From Parcubacteria group bacterium M10-OD1-1 (GTDB taxonomy: Bacteria; Patescibacteriota; Minisyncoccia; Moranbacterales; UBA2206): DNA of 64,000 nucleotides. Below the pieces are notes generated by a model. It saw only the letters and a list, made by a program, of their open reading frames with translations. It did no database searches and was not told the DNA's origin. Positions 28,670 to 38,499 of this stretch are shown here, in pieces (position 1 is the first letter of the stretch; every line of letters starts with the position of its first letter). A program made the translations under genes and the position numbers. The DNA lies in NCBI GenBank assembly GCA_003056145.1, contig LSNL01000001.1, positions 9,351 to 73,350 on the forward strand, in the 5' to 3' direction.

Positions 28670-28740
28670 AGCAAGATACGAGACTCGAACTCGTCTTTTC
28701 TGCTTGGGAAGCAGATGTACTACCCCTGTACTAATCTTGC
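28670..28740 (-). tRNA. tRNA-Gly (anticodon CCC), 71 nt, no encoded CCA
   Basis: The manual fold gives acceptor GCAAGAT/ATCTTGC, D-arm GTAC-AGGGGTA-GTAC, anticodon stem TCTGC/GCAGA with loop TTCCCAA, T-arm ACGAG-TTCGAGT-CTCGT, and discriminator U. Confidence 0.85.
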
Positions 28741-28774
28741 TAATCTAAAATTAACACTTTTTTAGTTTTTTAAT

Positions 28775-29347
28775 TTATTTTTTACCTAAGTTTTTTAAAG
28801 CTTCTTTTACTCTTGCACCTACTTCTTTTATTTTTGGAGAAACCATTTTCAAAGCCTCCCTAGCTTCAGTAGTAGAATAACCAATACTCAGAAGAGCTTC
28901 TACGGCATCACTATCAATAGTTGCTTCTTCCTTTTCTTCTGTAGTCATAGTAGCTACTTTATTTTGTAATTCTAAAATCACTCTTTCGGCAGTTTTCTTT
29001 CCAACGCCAGAAACTTTAGTTAGAATTGCTGGATCATTATTTAGAATAGCCGTTTTAATAGTCTTCGGCGTTGCAATAGACAAAATACTCATCCCTGCCT
29101 TTGGACCAATCCCAGAAATAGAAATTAAAAGTTCAAAAATTTCTAATTCTTCTCGACTTAAAAAACCGTATAATGCTAGCGTATCTTCTCTGACATAAGT
29201 ATAGATAAAAAAACTCACCTCTTTTAATTGAGAAGTTTTTCCAGCAGTATAAGCACTCAAACCAACTTTATAACCAACCCCATTAACATCTATAACAGCA
29301 TAGCTATCCTGCATATATTCAATTTTTCCTGTTAACTTAGCAATCAT
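28775..29347 (-). CDS. ruvA: Holliday junction DNA helicase subunit RuvA
   Basis: The N-terminal OB fold (MIAKLTGKI...VIDVNGVGYKV) and the HhH domain (GIGPKAGMSIL, VSGVGKKTAERVILEL) support the call. Confidence 0.85.
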   Translation of the reverse strand: MIAKLTGKIEYMQDSYAVIDVNGVGYKVGLSAYTAGKTSQLKEVSFFIYTYVREDTLALYGFLSREELEIFELLISISGIGPKAGMSILSIATPKTIKTAILNNDPAILTKVSGVGKKTAERVILELQNKVATMTTEEKEEATIDSDAVEALLSIGYSTTEAREALKMVSPKIKEVGARVKEALKNLGKK

Positions 29348-29499
29348 ATTTTAATTCTATCATTTATCTCCCTCCTTGCCAAAAATAATATAATATGCTA
29401 AAAATAATTAGTCTTAGTTCCAAAACTATTTAGATTATAAATTTTAACTTATCAAGTTAATTTTTGCATTATTGCATTATTAACTTGTCTCAAAAGAAC

Positions 29500-29769
29500 G
29501 TGCCAATTAAAAACTCAGCTAAAAAATATATGCGAGTAACCGCTCGTAAAACCGAAAAAAATAAACGAATTAAGGGACAATTTCGTTCTGCGATTAAAGC
29601 CACTAAAACTGCTTTAACAAAAGGAACTATTGATAAAGCTCAGGAATATCTTAAAAAATCGATTAAGGCTTTAGATAAAGCAGCTCAAAAAAAAGTTTTG
29701 TCTAAAAATACTGTGGCTCGCTATAAATCTAAACTTAATAAAGCCGTAAAAACTGATAGTCAAAAATAA
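29500..29769 (+). CDS. rpsT: 30S ribosomal protein S20
   Basis: After the GTG start it reads PIKNSAKKYMRVTARKTEKNKRIKGQFRSAIKA (cf. MANIKSAKKR...). The ORF-track start at 29464 is probably too early. Confidence 0.75.
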   Translation: MPIKNSAKKYMRVTARKTEKNKRIKGQFRSAIKATKTALTKGTIDKAQEYLKKSIKALDKAAQKKVLSKNTVARYKSKLNKAVKTDSQK

Positions 29770-29792
29770 TTTTCTTATTTTTTGTCAAAATA

Positions 29793-29818
29793 AAAAACCA
29801 CTATTTTAGTGGTTTTTT
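29793..29818. terminator. Bidirectional hairpin terminator AAAAACCACTA-TTT-TAGTGGTTTTTT between convergent rpsT and holA
   Basis: It is a perfect stem with A/T runs on both sides. Confidence 0.6.
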
Positions 29819-29845
29819 ATTGTTATCTTTTTAGTAAAAGAATAT

Positions 29846-30817
29846 TTATAATTCTACAATAAATTTAACTAGAGCTAATTTTATATCTACTTCTCCAGTT
29901 TTGATAGTTATATCTAACTGACTTAACTCTTGATAAATCTTTTTTAGTTGAGAAAAAGAAAAATTTTTAATTTGGCTAAGTGTTTTTTTTATTACAAAAG
30001 GATGCAATTTAGCCACTTTAGCAATTTCGTATTCGGTTAGTTGGTTATTAATTGCTAAATCTGATACTTTAAGCATATTTCTAAATTGATAGACTAACAT
30101 CGACAAAAGATAAAAAGGATCTTCCCCCTTGGCTAGATGTTCATAAATCAAATTCAAAGCTTCTTTTTTATTATTAGCTCCAATAGCATCAATAGCTTGG
30201 AAAATGCTACTTTTCAAATTATTTTTAACTAAATTTCTTATTTCTTTTAAGGTGATAATTTCTCCCGCTGAAAAATTAACTAATTTTTGTAACTCTGAAA
30301 AAATAAGATACTTATTATTTTGACAAACACTTAATAGTTCTTTCAAAGCTTCTTTTTCAATTTTAGCCTTTGGATCAATCTTAAATAATATCTGTAAAAT
30401 TGATTGTTCTAACTTGAAACCAACTAAGTTATCAAACTGTTGTTTTTTAGCTTTCTCTTTTAAAAATTTAAACAGAGCGTTATTTTTTCTAGGCATTCCC
30501 ACTTCCCAAAAAATTATGATTCTATCTTTATCATTCAATAGCTCGTTAGAATTTTTTTTCAAAAATTCTAATATAGTTTTTTCCTCTAAACTTAAAGCAG
30601 AAGAAAATAAATTTTTAATTATTATTAAACGCTTGGGCGCTAATAGATTAGCTGTTCTTAAAGTAGCTATAATTTTTGAAATAATATTTTTTTCTTCTTC
30701 TATATCAAAAACTGACAAGCCAGATCCTGACTTGTCAGAAGATAAAAATTTCTTTTTTAATTCTAATAATTTCCTACTCGATTGAAAATAGTCTTCACCA
30801 TATAAAAAGATTATCAT
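29846..30817 (-). CDS. holA: DNA polymerase III delta subunit
   Basis: The N-terminus MIIFLYGEDYF is typical of delta, and the length and helical C-terminal domain fit. Confidence 0.65.
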   Translation of the reverse strand: MIIFLYGEDYFQSSRKLLELKKKFLSSDKSGSGLSVFDIEEEKNIISKIIATLRTANLLAPKRLIIIKNLFSSALSLEEKTILEFLKKNSNELLNDKDRIIIFWEVGMPRKNNALFKFLKEKAKKQQFDNLVGFKLEQSILQILFKIDPKAKIEKEALKELLSVCQNNKYLIFSELQKLVNFSAGEIITLKEIRNLVKNNLKSSIFQAIDAIGANNKKEALNLIYEHLAKGEDPFYLLSMLVYQFRNMLKVSDLAINNQLTEYEIAKVAKLHPFVIKKTLSQIKNFSFSQLKKIYQELSQLDITIKTGEVDIKLALVKFIVEL

Positions 30818-30837
30818 ACCTAATTAACTGAAAAAAA

Positions 30838-31965
30838 TTAATTTTGAACTGTCCAATGTAATCCTTGTCCAGGCTCTAATATTTCTACCCAAATTTGTCC
30901 AGGAACAAATTTAAATTGTTGTCCAGCGTCATCATAAAAATACAACTTGCTATCTAATCTAGATTTATCTTTTTTCCAAGTTCCAGTATAAGTTTTTCCA
31001 TTAATATAATAATGAGCCGATCCACTATCAGAAGTATCATACCAAGGATCTCCCAATTGAACATTATTATATTGGATACCCTTAATCATTTGGGCAGATT
31101 TAGCAAACATCACTACAACATTTTTAGGAGCTAATTGCTTTTTATTATCTCTATCGGTATCAATTACTCCACCCCAGGTTCTTAAATAAGAATTACTTTT
31201 TTTATCGTAAGTATATTTAACATTATAAGGTTTAGCAAAATTAACACTTAGCGTTCCTCCCTTAGGTCGTTGGTTTAAAGGAGCTTCCTCTTGATGAGGA
31301 TAACCAGAAAATTTATCAATCATATTATATTTAAAAGCTTTTGCTCCTTCTAAAAGACGAGAGAATTTTGCATAACCAGTGTCATCTCCCTTCAGACGAA
31401 CTTTAGGAAAGGCTCGGTCCTTAGCTAAAACCGCTAAACTTTTTCTATAACAATATTTTTGGGCTGAACGTCCTCCGTCATTATTACAATTCATATCATC
31501 AATCACACCCTCTTTTAATTTATCTAAAGCATAGTGAGAACCACCCCAATGAACAAAAATAGCATCTAATCCTTTAGCTAGTGCAATATAATCATGGCGA
31601 GCACTTCGCATTGAACCAAGATCAGTTGGATTACCACAAACATAGACTGCCATTAATCTAGTAATGCTCGCCGTTACTACCGGCATTTCGAAAACCATAT
31701 CTGCGCTACTCAATCCTGCATCTGGTCGAGCTGAGAGATCTGATGGTTGCATAACCGCAATAGGACGTCTATTCCAATCAGCACAAGCCAGACCAGAAAG
31801 AGGACTAACATGACCATTATTAACCGGTTTAGCACTTTCTAGCTGAGGTTTTTCATTAATGTTAATTTGTTTGACCTTTTTTTTACTAGATTTTAGAAAA
31901 TAGTAACCTCCAAAAATTATCCCTATCACTACCAAAGCAACTATTATTTTTTTATTTTTGTTCAT
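30838..31965 (-). CDS. Secreted/membrane-anchored DUF3048 (YerB-like) domain protein
   Basis: An N-terminal TM anchor is followed by conserved DUF3048-like blocks (PIAVMQPSD, ADMVFEMPVVTASITRLMAVY). Confidence 0.45.
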   Translation of the reverse strand: MNKNKKIIVALVVIGIIFGGYYFLKSSKKKVKQININEKPQLESAKPVNNGHVSPLSGLACADWNRRPIAVMQPSDLSARPDAGLSSADMVFEMPVVTASITRLMAVYVCGNPTDLGSMRSARHDYIALAKGLDAIFVHWGGSHYALDKLKEGVIDDMNCNNDGGRSAQKYCYRKSLAVLAKDRAFPKVRLKGDDTGYAKFSRLLEGAKAFKYNMIDKFSGYPHQEEAPLNQRPKGGTLSVNFAKPYNVKYTYDKKSNSYLRTWGGVIDTDRDNKKQLAPKNVVVMFAKSAQMIKGIQYNNVQLGDPWYDTSDSGSAHYYINGKTYTGTWKKDKSRLDSKLYFYDDAGQQFKFVPGQIWVEILEPGQGLHWTVQN

Positions 31966-32058
31966 AGTTTAATTATTATAAATTATTCTTTTAAAATTAT
32001 TATACCACAGAAATTTATTTTTTCTGAATTATCTTCTTCCACTTTTAATTTATTTTTT

Positions 32059-33006
32059 TTATTTTTGACATTTTAGACAAAAGAAAATACTTCTCTGAGC
32101 TAATTTTTCTCTTTGAATTGTAGCTTTACTTTTTTGATTTTTCTTCCAACAACGAGGACATTTTTCTCCTTCTTTTTTATAAACTTTTAAAACTTTCTGA
32201 AAATTACCTGGAGCGCCTTCTGTATCTCGATAATCACTATCTGAAGTGCCTCTCATTTTAATAGCTTTTTTTAAAATTTTTTTAGTCGCCTGATAAATTC
32301 TTTTTATTTCTATTTCTTTTAAATCTTTGACTAATCGCTCAGGGTGAATACCAGCTTCAAATAAAATTTCACTCCGATAAATATTTCCAATCCCAGCTAT
32401 CAATTCTTGCTCCATTAAAATTATTCCGATTTTTTTAGTTTTTAAACTTAATTGACCTTTGGAATTTTTTTTCTGCAAAATTTCTTGAAACTTTTTAAAA
32501 GTAAACTCTTCACTGACAGCGTCAATACCTAATTTTTTAATAACTGGCAAAGCTGAAATCGATTGAGTATCTATTAATACTATTTTAGCAAATTTACGCA
32601 AATCAGAAAATTCTAAAGTTAAATCATATTCTTTATTTTCTTTTTGGTTTTTCTTTTTATTTAGTTTATCCTTTAAATAAAAAATGTGATGAATATACTG
32701 ATTAACTTTTTCTTGAAAATATTCTCCTTGAGTGGTATTGTTTTTTTCTCTTTTTTTAACTAAAAGATGTCCAGTCATCTTTAAATGAATATACAAAGTT
32801 TTTCCATTTGATAAATCAAGAAAAATATTTTTTCCCAATCTATAAATTTTCAAAATTTTCTGACCAGTTATTAATTTAGTAAATTTCTCAACCGTTAACT
32901 CTTTAATAGTTTTCTCCCAATCACTCCAAAAATCAATAATTATTTTACCTTTAATTTTTTTATTTAAATCAGAGACTACTGTTTGTACCTCTGGAAGTTC
33001 TGGCAT
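32059..33006 (-). CDS. mutM: Formamidopyrimidine-DNA glycosylase (Fpg/MutM)
   Basis: The N-terminal MPELPEV (catalytic Pro2/Glu3), an H2TH region, and a C-terminal zinc finger CPRC...CLKC support the call. Confidence 0.85.
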   Translation of the reverse strand: MPELPEVQTVVSDLNKKIKGKIIIDFWSDWEKTIKELTVEKFTKLITGQKILKIYRLGKNIFLDLSNGKTLYIHLKMTGHLLVKKREKNNTTQGEYFQEKVNQYIHHIFYLKDKLNKKKNQKENKEYDLTLEFSDLRKFAKIVLIDTQSISALPVIKKLGIDAVSEEFTFKKFQEILQKKNSKGQLSLKTKKIGIILMEQELIAGIGNIYRSEILFEAGIHPERLVKDLKEIEIKRIYQATKKILKKAIKMRGTSDSDYRDTEGAPGNFQKVLKVYKKEGEKCPRCWKKNQKSKATIQREKLAQRSIFFCLKCQK

Positions 33007-33067
33007 ATTTTTTATGATTTTATTAAATACTCTTTTTTTATTATTTCTTTTTTCAATAATTAAAACT

Positions 33068-35755
33068 CTACAGCTCTCCCCAATTATCCCCTATTTTTAC
33101 ATCCACAACTAAAGGAACTTTTAGGGCATAAACTTGCTCCATTATGGCTTTTGTTTTTTTAGCTACTTCCTCCGCTAAGGATTCCTTCACTTCTAAGATA
33201 ATTTCGTCGTGAACTTGAAGAACCATTTTAACAGCTGGGTTATTTTCGTACTCCTTAAAAACCGCTATCATTGCTAATTTCATAATATCAGCTGACATCC
33301 CTTGAATTGGCATATTAATAGCCATTCTTTCAGCCGAATTTTGAATTTTAAAATTAGGAGAATTTATTTCTGGTAAATACCTTCTTCTACCCATTTCCGT
33401 TTCCACATAACTTCTTTTTTTAGCTAATTCTTTAGTGGTTTTCATATAGTTAGCTACTCCTGGAAATTTTTTCATATACGCTTCAATAAATTTCTTAGCT
33501 TCTTCTTTTTCAATTTTTGCCGACTGAGAAAAACCAAAAGCACTCATTCCATAAATTACGCCAAAATTTAAAGCCTTCGCGCTAGAACGCATTTTTTCTG
33601 TTACCTGAGAAGGAGCAACTTTATTTATCTCCGCTGCTGTTGCTAGATGAATATCTTTTCCTTGCCAAAAAAGTTCTATCATTTTTTTATCCTTAGCTAC
33701 ATGAGCAACTGCTCTCAAATCAATTTGTGAATAGTCGGCACTAACAAAACGAAAACCTTCTTTAGCTTCAAAAGCCACTCGTAAAAGCTGCCCTAACTCT
33801 GTGCGAATAGGAATATTTTGTAAGTTAGGATCAGAAGAAGAAAGTCTTCCCGTAGCAGTTACAGCCTGATTGTAAGTTGTGTGAAGACGAGAGTTTTCAT
33901 CTACCATCTTTGGTAGAGTATCTAGGTAGGTTGTTTTTAGTTTGAAAACTTCTCGATATTCCTCAATTTTACTAATAATCTTATGCTTATTCTTTAATTT
34001 TCCTAATTCAGCTGAAGCGGTAGAAAAATTAGTTTTTCCTTTTTTAATTCCTTCCGTAGAAATTTTTAGTCTAACAAAAAGAATCTCAGCTAATTGCTTT
34101 GGAGAATTAATGTTAAATTCTATTCCTGCTAATTGGTAAATATTTTTTTCTAAGTTTTTAATTTTAATTTCAATTTTTTCAGCAATTCCTTGAAATAAAA
34201 CAGTATTTAATTTTATTCCAGTTAATTCCATTTCAGCTAAAATTTTAACTAAAGGCATTTCAATTTCTCGAAAAATTTTAACTAAATTATATTTTGGATT
34301 TTGAGTTTGAATTATTTCTTTGATTTTATTTTCGTAAATAAATTTTAACTTAAAAATATAATCTGCCCGCTGGCATTCATTAGAAGCTACATTTTGAAGA
34401 GTTTCCATTTCCAGTCCTAATTGTCCTTTCTTCTTTTCTTCTTCAATTTCTTCCCCTAAAGAAGCTAAAACCAATTGAGAAAAGTCTACTTTAGAGCCTG
34501 GATTTAAAACATAAGCTGAAAGCATTATATCAAAAAGTTCACCCCGTAAGGTTATCTTAGCTTTAGCCAAGACTTCCTTATTTTTTTTCAAATCATAACC
34601 AATTTTACTAATTTTAGAATTTTCTAAAATACTTTTTATACTCTCATAATTTTCTTCTTTAAATTCTAAATAACCAGCTCTTCCTTTTTTATAAGCTATC
34701 GCGATACCTAAAATATCAGCCTTGAAATTTTTTTCTCCTCTCGTTTTCAATTTAATGGCTACTTCTTTCTGCTGGTTTAATAATTCCAAAAACTTCAATT
34801 TATTCTCTTTGGAAATAAGTTGGTATTTAAAATCTTTCACTCCTCCTGACTGAGAATTATTTTTCCTTAATTCTCCTTCTTCTGACGGCAATCTTTTAAT
34901 CAGAGAATAAAAATTTAATTCTTGAAAAAGAGTCACTATTTTTTCTCTGTTAAATTTATTAGTTTTAGCTTCTTTTAGATTAATTTTAATAGCCACATTT
35001 TTTACTATCGTTGCCAGTCTTTTGCTCTGAAGAGCTTGCATTTTATCTCGAGCTAATTTATCTTTAATTGCTCCTTTAATTTCTTCTAGATGTTTATAGA
35101 CATTTTCGATCGTACTATATTTTTGTAAAAGAGTAGATGCTGTTTTTTCTCCAATACCTTTAACTCCTGGTATATTATCGGACGGATCACCTCTTAATCC
35201 TTTAAAATCAATAATTTGTTCAGGAGTTAAACCATAACGTTCTTGAATTTTTTTTCTATCATAAAAAACTGAATCAGTTATCCCTCTTCGCATAGTATAA
35301 ACTTTAGTCTTTTCATTAACTAGTTGAAGTGTATCTAAATCTCCTGTTACAATAATAATTTCTTTTATTGTTGTTTCTTGTTTTGCTTGTTGAGCCATTG
35401 TACCAATTAAATCATCTGCTTCAAAACCTTCTTTTTCATAAATTGGTATCCCCATAGCTCTGGTTACTTCTTTAACTCGGTCAATTTGAGCGTATAAATC
35501 ATCAGGAGCTTTTGTTCTATTAGCTTTATAATCAGGAAATTCTTGATGCCTAAAAGTTGGTGCTAATAAATCAAACGACGCTAAAATATAATCTGGTTGA
35601 AACTTATCAATAACCGATAAAAGAGTAGAAGCAAATCCATAAACAGCATTAACTAGTTCACCTTCTTTAGTCATTAAAGACGGAATAGCATGATAAGATC
35701 GATGAATTATGGCATTTCCATCAATAAGGACTAGTTTTTTTAGTTTATTTTCCAT
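33068..35755 (-). CDS. polA: DNA polymerase I
   Basis: It has a 5'-3' exonuclease N-terminus (LVLIDGNAIIHRSYHA), a central exonuclease-like domain, and polymerase motifs A/B/C (DYSQIDLR, RSSAKALNFGVIYG, QVHDE). The length is 895 aa. Confidence 0.9.
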   Translation of the reverse strand: MENKLKKLVLIDGNAIIHRSYHAIPSLMTKEGELVNAVYGFASTLLSVIDKFQPDYILASFDLLAPTFRHQEFPDYKANRTKAPDDLYAQIDRVKEVTRAMGIPIYEKEGFEADDLIGTMAQQAKQETTIKEIIIVTGDLDTLQLVNEKTKVYTMRRGITDSVFYDRKKIQERYGLTPEQIIDFKGLRGDPSDNIPGVKGIGEKTASTLLQKYSTIENVYKHLEEIKGAIKDKLARDKMQALQSKRLATIVKNVAIKINLKEAKTNKFNREKIVTLFQELNFYSLIKRLPSEEGELRKNNSQSGGVKDFKYQLISKENKLKFLELLNQQKEVAIKLKTRGEKNFKADILGIAIAYKKGRAGYLEFKEENYESIKSILENSKISKIGYDLKKNKEVLAKAKITLRGELFDIMLSAYVLNPGSKVDFSQLVLASLGEEIEEEKKKGQLGLEMETLQNVASNECQRADYIFKLKFIYENKIKEIIQTQNPKYNLVKIFREIEMPLVKILAEMELTGIKLNTVLFQGIAEKIEIKIKNLEKNIYQLAGIEFNINSPKQLAEILFVRLKISTEGIKKGKTNFSTASAELGKLKNKHKIISKIEEYREVFKLKTTYLDTLPKMVDENSRLHTTYNQAVTATGRLSSSDPNLQNIPIRTELGQLLRVAFEAKEGFRFVSADYSQIDLRAVAHVAKDKKMIELFWQGKDIHLATAAEINKVAPSQVTEKMRSSAKALNFGVIYGMSAFGFSQSAKIEKEEAKKFIEAYMKKFPGVANYMKTTKELAKKRSYVETEMGRRRYLPEINSPNFKIQNSAERMAINMPIQGMSADIMKLAMIAVFKEYENNPAVKMVLQVHDEIILEVKESLAEEVAKKTKAIMEQVYALKVPLVVDVKIGDNWGEL

Positions 35756-35884
35756 GTATTCAGTATATACATTTAAGTTACTTCTTACAAATAAAAAACC
35801 AGCAACCTATCAAGGTTAAAAAAAAACCGATCTTCCTTTTTAGGTAAGCCGGTTTTCATTTGATTATTCCTAGTTATAAGTCGA

Positions 35885-36544
35885 TTATAAGTCTATCACA
35901 AGTTTTTTCGCTTTCACAAAAAAATTGAATCTCACTTCCTTTTCCCCATACAGGAAGCCCCCTATAAATAGCCTAGCAGGCCATTTCCCTTTAAGTGGCA
36001 CTAGTGGCCATTTTAAAGAATATTTTTGTTGATTGGCCATCCTTTGTATTTGCAAAAAATTTCTAATTAAATAAATCTCTGATATTGATCCATTGTAAAT
36101 TTTGTAATACATTGTCCTGGAAAAAAGTTCAAGCTCTTGACTGGAAACATTCTTAATAATGACAACTTCTACTTCATTATTGGTTTCAATGAATGCTCTC
36201 CTTAATAATTTTAGAACTTTCTTAGTCCTAATATACATCCCAATGAAGAATCCAGTCATTGAAACTGAACTAGCTAGTACCATTGATACTACTAAAAAAA
36301 TTACCGTCTGAATATCAATAAGAGAACTTCTAAATAAGACACTATTTACTACAGAAAACATAATAATAAAGATCGGGAGAAAAAGTTGCAAAAACGGACT
36401 AGCAAGATATCCCCCTAGATACCCAACTGTCCAACAAGCGACAAGAAAAATTATCAGACGATACTCTCCAGAAAAGTCTCCAGTCACTAAAATTGCCCAA
36501 ATAGCATTTAAATAATTACTAATAAAATTTTCTATCATTGCCAT
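35885..36544 (-). CDS. Hypothetical membrane protein (4-5 TM helices plus a soluble C-terminal region)
   Basis: It is a hydrophobic ORF. The 3'-terminal ~80 nt is GC-rich and repetitive, so the exact C-terminus is uncertain. Confidence 0.4.
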   Translation of the reverse strand: MAMIENFISNYLNAIWAILVTGDFSGEYRLIIFLVACWTVGYLGGYLASPFLQLFLPIFIIMFSVVNSVLFRSSLIDIQTVIFLVVSMVLASSVSMTGFFIGMYIRTKKVLKLLRRAFIETNNEVEVVIIKNVSSQELELFSRTMYYKIYNGSISEIYLIRNFLQIQRMANQQKYSLKWPLVPLKGKWPARLFIGGFLYGEKEVRFNFFVKAKKLVIDL

Positions 36545-36730
36545 TCCCTCCTAAAAATAAGTTTTGTCAATCATTTTGGAAAAATTTCCATATTACTTTG
36601 CCAAAGAACTTCCGATTAGCTTACCTTAAGAAATCTACTCTGTCAATTTTTAAATGTAAAGTGAAAAATTTATTTTTTCTCTTTCACTGATAAAAGCCAT
36701 CCAATTGACAAAATAGATTTATTTCATTAA

Positions 36731-37480
36731 TTAGTTCACTAAAGGCTCAATAGTTTTTACAATTACATCTTCTAATGGATGGTCATTTTCATTAACTTTA
36801 ACATTTTCAATTTTTAAAGCAGTCTCCATTCCCTGAACTACTTTGCCAAAAACAGTATAAAGGGGTGGTAAAGGAGCCTTTGGGTTAGCAGTTACAATAA
36901 AAAACTGGCTACCGTTAGTATTAGGTCCAGAATTGGCCATCGCCAATGTTCCTTGCGGGTAAGTTTCTTGTCCAGTTAACTCATCTTTAAATTCATAGCC
37001 TGGTCCGCCTATTCCATCATTACTCCAATCATTATCTTTAGAATTTGGATCTCCACCTTGAATCATAAAACCCTTAATTACCCGATGAAATTTAGTTTTA
37101 TCGTAAAAACCATCTTTAGCTAATTTTAAAAAGTTACCGACGGTTATTGGAGCCTTCCCTCCATAAAATTCGACTTTAATATTACCAAAATTGGTTTTTA
37201 AAACTGCGTATTTGTATTCTTTTACTAAGGCAGAATTATTTCCTACCGTTGCCTGACTAGTTTTCATATGGTTTATTTTAGATTGATTATTTTCTTGTTT
37301 AGTTTGTTTAGTTTGTAAATTGGAGCTATTTTCTTTTTCTGTATTAAGTTTTTTTATATTTCCTTCAGAATTTATTATCGGTTTATTTACCTCCTTTTTA
37401 TTCTCTTTTTCTTTTTGACTACAAGCTGAAAAAGTTATCATAAAGCCCATTACTAGAAATAAATAAACTATTTTTTTCAT
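36731..37480 (-). CDS. Cyclophilin-type peptidyl-prolyl cis-trans isomerase, lipoprotein
   Basis: It has a lipoprotein signal peptide (ITFSAC) and the cyclophilin core (FHRVIKGFMIQGGDP). Confidence 0.8.
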   Translation of the reverse strand: MKKIVYLFLVMGFMITFSACSQKEKENKKEVNKPIINSEGNIKKLNTEKENSSNLQTKQTKQENNQSKINHMKTSQATVGNNSALVKEYKYAVLKTNFGNIKVEFYGGKAPITVGNFLKLAKDGFYDKTKFHRVIKGFMIQGGDPNSKDNDWSNDGIGGPGYEFKDELTGQETYPQGTLAMANSGPNTNGSQFFIVTANPKAPLPPLYTVFGKVVQGMETALKIENVKVNENDHPLEDVIVKTIEPLVN

Positions 37481-37487
37481 ATTTTTA

Positions 37488-37910
37488 TTAGTTAATTATT
37501 ATTTTTCTCCGATTTTTATCTAGCCATTGAAAATTTATCCAAATCGCTTTAGCAGGAATTATTTTTTTTATTCTCTCTGCCCATTCAATTATAATAATAT
37601 TTTTAGGATCATTCAATATTTCTTCCCAGCCCAAAGTTAAAATATCTTCTTCTTTAACTCTATAAGCGTCTATGTGATACACTTTTTCATTCCTCCTCTT
37701 AAAATCATATTCTTTTATAATTAAAAAAGTTGGACTCGTATAAGGTCCGGTTAACTTCAGCTCCTCTAAAAATCCTTGTGCAAAAGTAGTCTTTCCCATT
37801 CCTAAATCCCCCGAAAGACAAACAATCCCGCCTTTTTTCATTTTAGCTCCTAATTTAGCCCCTAATTTCTTAGTTTCTTGAGCATTATAAGTAATAATTT
37901 CTTTTTCCAT
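37488..37910 (-). CDS. tsaE: tRNA t6A biosynthesis ATPase TsaE (YjeE)
   Basis: The P-loop GDLGMGKTTFAQG and the ~140-aa length support the call. Confidence 0.8.
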   Translation of the reverse strand: MEKEIITYNAQETKKLGAKLGAKMKKGGIVCLSGDLGMGKTTFAQGFLEELKLTGPYTSPTFLIIKEYDFKRRNEKVYHIDAYRVKEEDILTLGWEEILNDPKNIIIIEWAERIKKIIPAKAIWINFQWLDKNRRKIIIN

Positions 37911-37999
37911 CTTTATATTATAAAGTCATTTTAAAAAAAATAAAAGTGGAGCTAGAGAAATTTTTTCTAGTTCCACCAAATTTCGTAAACGAATATTTA

Positions 38000-38269
38000 T
38001 TAATGACAATACTTTCGTAAACGAATATTTATTCGCCCGTTACTTCCGACGAAAAGATGATATCTATTAGAACATCGTTGGCGAAAACGATACTCTCTTT
38101 GATAACGGGCATAATTTAAATTATTGATATTTCCCGAGAAATTTCCCGAGAAATTTCTCGTCCCAAAACGCATCTGAACCCTGTTCCTGCTTTGAGGATT
38201 AACCCCTACACAACCAGAACAAAATAAACAAACAATAATTACTAAAAGAACTTCATTGAAAATCTTCAT
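38000..38269 (-). CDS. Putative small lipoprotein (89 aa), doubtful
   Basis: It has a signal peptide with LFCSGC, but the body is built from DNA direct and palindromic repeats (NFSGNFSGN) and it sits in a divergent promoter region. Confidence 0.2.
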   Translation of the reverse strand: MKIFNEVLLVIIVCLFCSGCVGVNPQSRNRVQMRFGTRNFSGNFSGNINNLNYARYQREYRFRQRCSNRYHLFVGSNGRINIRLRKYCH

Positions 38270-38499
38270 CCTTTTCCCCTCCTTTTTTGTTTTATTAATT
38301 TTGATTTTATATAATACCTCAAAATACTTTAAAAGTCAAGACTTTTAACCTTTTTAACTCACCCTCTATTTATTTTAGTTTATTTTATTTTATATTCCAA
38401 ACAGTTTAAGTTCTGATTTGACATTAAAAAAAAATCTTGCTAGATTATAACATCAGCTTAATTAAAGTAATTCTTTTTATAATCTTATTTAAATATATT

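Noticed and set aside
38120-38165. Short tandem repeats considered as a mini CRISPR array
   Set aside because: There are only two 12-bp units with no spacers of CRISPR size, and no cas genes in the window.
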